64,000 nucleotides of DNA from Lingula anatina (Eukaryota > Animalia > Brachiopoda). The stretch spans positions 15,438,001-15,502,000 of the forward strand of contig CM120646.1 of NCBI GenBank assembly GCA_051362555.1, read 5' to 3'. Below the pieces are notes generated by a model that ran no database searches, was not told the origin of the DNA, and saw only the letters and a program-made list of their open reading frames with translations. The stretch's first letter is position 1, and the number at the start of each line of letters is the position of its first letter. Made by a program: the position numbers and the translations under genes. This document shows, in pieces, positions 60,715 through 64,000 of this stretch.

Positions 60715-62283
60715 TAGCCTTGTTGCGCAATGCCATTGTCGTGTTCTACGATCAAAGTGAAAACAAACTTGCTGCCTGTACTACATAATGAAGTCATAGG
60801 TTATCAATACTTCCAGGGCCACAGATTGACTTTTCACTAGGTGTTCACAGATATGTCTCCAACTAATTCGTGACTTGCAATTGATTCTCTGCTGTGAGTC
60901 TGTTCTGAAATCTCAAGGATAGTTACAGGACTGGCAATTGTTTGCATAACTGCTTTGCACTGCCAGTTCGCAAGTTCCTGCCAAATCCCTCTGACTGCAA
61001 TCAATTCAGTTTTGAAATTGCTCTGCACTTTCTGTCGACAGGTACAAGCAACATGCACACCATCTGGCCACTCTGCCGATAACAGAGAAGGAAGTTCCCA
61101 GATAAATTCCTCGATTGCCGAGGAAGGCGGGTGTCGACCACCATTTTGTTCAGAGAGAATTTCCCCAAAATGCTCGAATGGTGAAATCTTTTATTAATCT
61201 TTTTTAATTATTTGCATGTCACTTAAAAAGGATAGTGTACATACTAGTATTTTAATACTTTATCTTAAAAGTCTCTTTTTGTTTGTAAATTTCGATCACC
61301 TCAAATAACCAGATCAGTCAGCAACGTTGTGCGCACGGGCATTTAGAGTCTGAGTGGCGCCTGTTCTTTTTCTCACGTCATATTATTGTTATAAACGTGA
61401 CAAATACAAGCATGTGCACGATTATTTTCCCAGTACAGGATTGCCAAGGGGGAAGTCTAGCAGTGGCATGAATGTAATTACACCTGCTAAAAGTTTATTC
61501 GAGAATTTTCGGGGAAATTCCCATGAAAAAACGTTGGTTGACTTCCGACAACTTCAGAGCCTTTCAACAAACTACACGTAAAAGCTTTGGTCTTCATGCA
61601 GAAATGTGCCTCGGATTGTTTTTTTAACCGTTCAAGGTGAGAGACGAGCGTACTCCTAACCAAGTGACATGTTTACCAGACAGATAATCGAAGACAGATT
61701 GCGGAACTGAAGCGCAAAAGCAAAGGCACTGGCGCGAGTGTAGAAATAATTGCCTTTATCATGCCAAAAGGTACAGGGTCGCACTGAAGAAAATTGCACA
61801 TAATTAATCTTCGGCCGTGGCAGAAGGTACCAACAGGTCACCTCCAGTGGGTCGTGGCGGATTAGTCAGGAGGCAGAATGTTACTTCATATTTTCTGCAG
61901 GCACGGGTTAGTAAATACCATATAAATCACATAATGATAATAATGATTTAAAACAAAACCATGAACCCGTTAGTCCTGGACTCTGATCATGACAAATAAA
62001 ATGAAACTTCACTACAAAAATGAGATAAACCGACCTTAATCGCAATTTAATATCTTCATTTTTCTTTCTTTTATCTTTCGAATTAGACACATCAAGAGGA
62101 AAACACAAAACATAATTATCATCAATACCGATATGATTTTATTGCCCAGCTAAAGAGACTACAAGAATAGGAAATTTTACTTAATAATAGCAGTTCTTGC
62201 CCACAAAAATATTTTCACGCCAATAACGGGACCTAATAAGGTTAACGTCCTAAAATCTAACTTATTGGCCAGGTTTAAGAACT

Positions 62284-64000
62284 TCAGTTGCTGTTCATCG
62301 TGTTCTTGATCCATTCGGTGTATATGGACACCTTAGAGTAGACACCTGGTCTGTTTGCCTGGGCACAGCCATAACCCCAGCTGACGACACCATAAGCCTT
62401 CCAGAACGCCTGACCGTTGTCATCCATGAAGCGGCAAACGTAGGGGCCGCCAGAATCTCCCTTAAAAAGAAGAACCAAAGATGAATTTTCTAATACAGTA
62501 GTTTCTTTTTCATTTCAAGGCTGACATTTGTAAACGTCATTTGCTTTATGTTTTATAAAAATACGTGACACGGTTAAATAAGTACTGAGTGAATTTAGAT
62601 ATAAAAGTTACATATCAATAATCCACGTTGTTATGTTACCAAGTAAATAAGGGGAGTTGATGCAAATGCATTTGTCTTTGTCATTTTGCATAACTATTGT
62701 TAAATTCTTCTTGAAACTGCCATTGATTTATTTTTATTCTCCAGTCTTAGTCTTTCTACATGTATCAGATTTATCCTGTGTTATAGCAAGACTAATATTT
62801 TTGGTTCCAAAGTTTAGACTATATTTCAGCTATACATTTTTATGTGACAGGAACGGTAGTCCTAGTAATGGAAGTCCGGGATTCCGTATGGTTAGCACAG
62901 GTAAGGGTTAGTTGGGGTTAGTGTATGGGACGAGTGTCACCTGTACAAAGTAATGGAAAATGGACTACGGTTCCAAGCAGACTTAATTTTCTGTAACACC
63001 GGCTTCTTCGTACACCGGTCCCGAGTCTTACCTGGCAAGAGTCCTTGCCGCCTGCCATGGTTCCGCCGCAAATCATGCTGTCAAGGACCTGATTCCCGTA
63101 CGCGCTATCGGCGCGGCACGTGGCGGTGGAGATGTAAGGGACATCCACCTCCAATAGTTTATCACTTCCAGATTGCCCTAAAATTAAATGTTAATTTTTG
63201 TAATACACGGTAACATTCAAATATTCTAAGTTCACGCAATGTTGCTAAAATTGGCTCAAAAAGTACGTTGTTGAAAAGGTTGGTAATAAGACAATTGTAA
63301 ATAAGGGACCATTCCCAGCCCATATCGTACTAACTTTGGGGTAATTAATTCTCGTTAGCAGCTTCAGTAGGCGTGCCAGATATATAAGCCGCTTAAGCTG
63401 AAAGCAATTTAGCGAGAAACCCCTTGGAGATGGATCAACTAGGCATGGGAACCCAGTCTAAGACTCACAAAGAATCGTGTCGTTGTCATGCACTAGCAAC
63501 AAAATACTTATTCTTCCTCAAGTAAGGAATCTCTGTTGATAATTCCTAAGATGACGGATCCAAAGGCCACAGATCAATGTGACCCCCCCCCTCCCTAAAT
63601 CGCGTCGGATGTATCTGATCCTACCCCTCTCCCTGTGGCAAGCGAAGTAGAAAAAAAACAAGCCAATAATTATCTCCGTGGACGTCATCTGACAATGATA
63701 TTATCCTTGACTACTATTTCCAAATCCGCCCTCTGTTCACCCCACCATTTAACCCAAGTGGTATTTATTTCTCCATACTTACCGCTGCCTGTTGCGCCCC
63801 AGCCAGTCGTCACACAGTAATGGCCATCGGTCAGTTCGGAGTTGGGTTCAGGGGGGCAGGCAATGTTAATGCCAGTTCCGAGCGTCACGGCGCTTTCCAG
63901 TTTCAACAACGAAATGTCGTTGTCCAGAGAGTTTCCATTATAGTTGGGATGGTCAATTGTTCTGATAACACGTTTTTCCACCACCAGGTTCGGATTCTCT
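62284..64000 (-). CDS. Trypsin-like (S1A) serine protease, last three exons; gene continues beyond the window
   Basis: Exons 63783->64000 ([20 protein letters not shown]), 63032-63177 (MICGG..GKDSCQ), 62284-62460 ([23 protein letters not shown]). Asp in the S1 pocket implies trypsin specificity. Confidence 0.95.

Noticed and set aside
60930-60967. Short hairpin ACTGGCA...TGCCAGT containing a miR-34-like seed on the minus strand
   Set aside because: Too short for a pre-miRNA, and the mature sequence does not match.

Overview
AT-rich, intron-containing invertebrate animal DNA (lophotrochozoan-like; this is inference). I reconstructed the genes by hand from splice sites and reading phase. (1) A BTG3/BTG4-family gene (-) whose two coding exons (34375-34685, 1667-2147) are separated by a ~32 kb intron. 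That intron holds a near-intact Helentron (Helitron-like rolling-circle transposon): basic repeats + Zn finger + OTU protease + HUH Rep + PIF1 helicase + AP-type endonuclease, broken by one extra C in a C8 run. It also holds many DINE-1/HINE-type non-autonomous copies, an ~860-bp tandem array, Kolobok-, Harbinger- and other MITEs, and a mariner relic. (2) HOATZ (+), head-to-head with BTG as in human BTG4-HOATZ. (3) HMBS (-), with a U12-type intron and an unusual C-terminal tail carrying three Cys-Pro heme-regulatory-type motifs. (4) ZNF511 (+), head-to-head with HMBS. (5) A secreted PAN-EGF-C-type lectin (-). (6) The 3' half of a trypsin-like protease (-). Best leads: the CP-motif tail on HMBS, a possible ~20.7 kb master Helentron whose ends match the local HINE family, and the deep BTG-HOATZ bidirectional pair.
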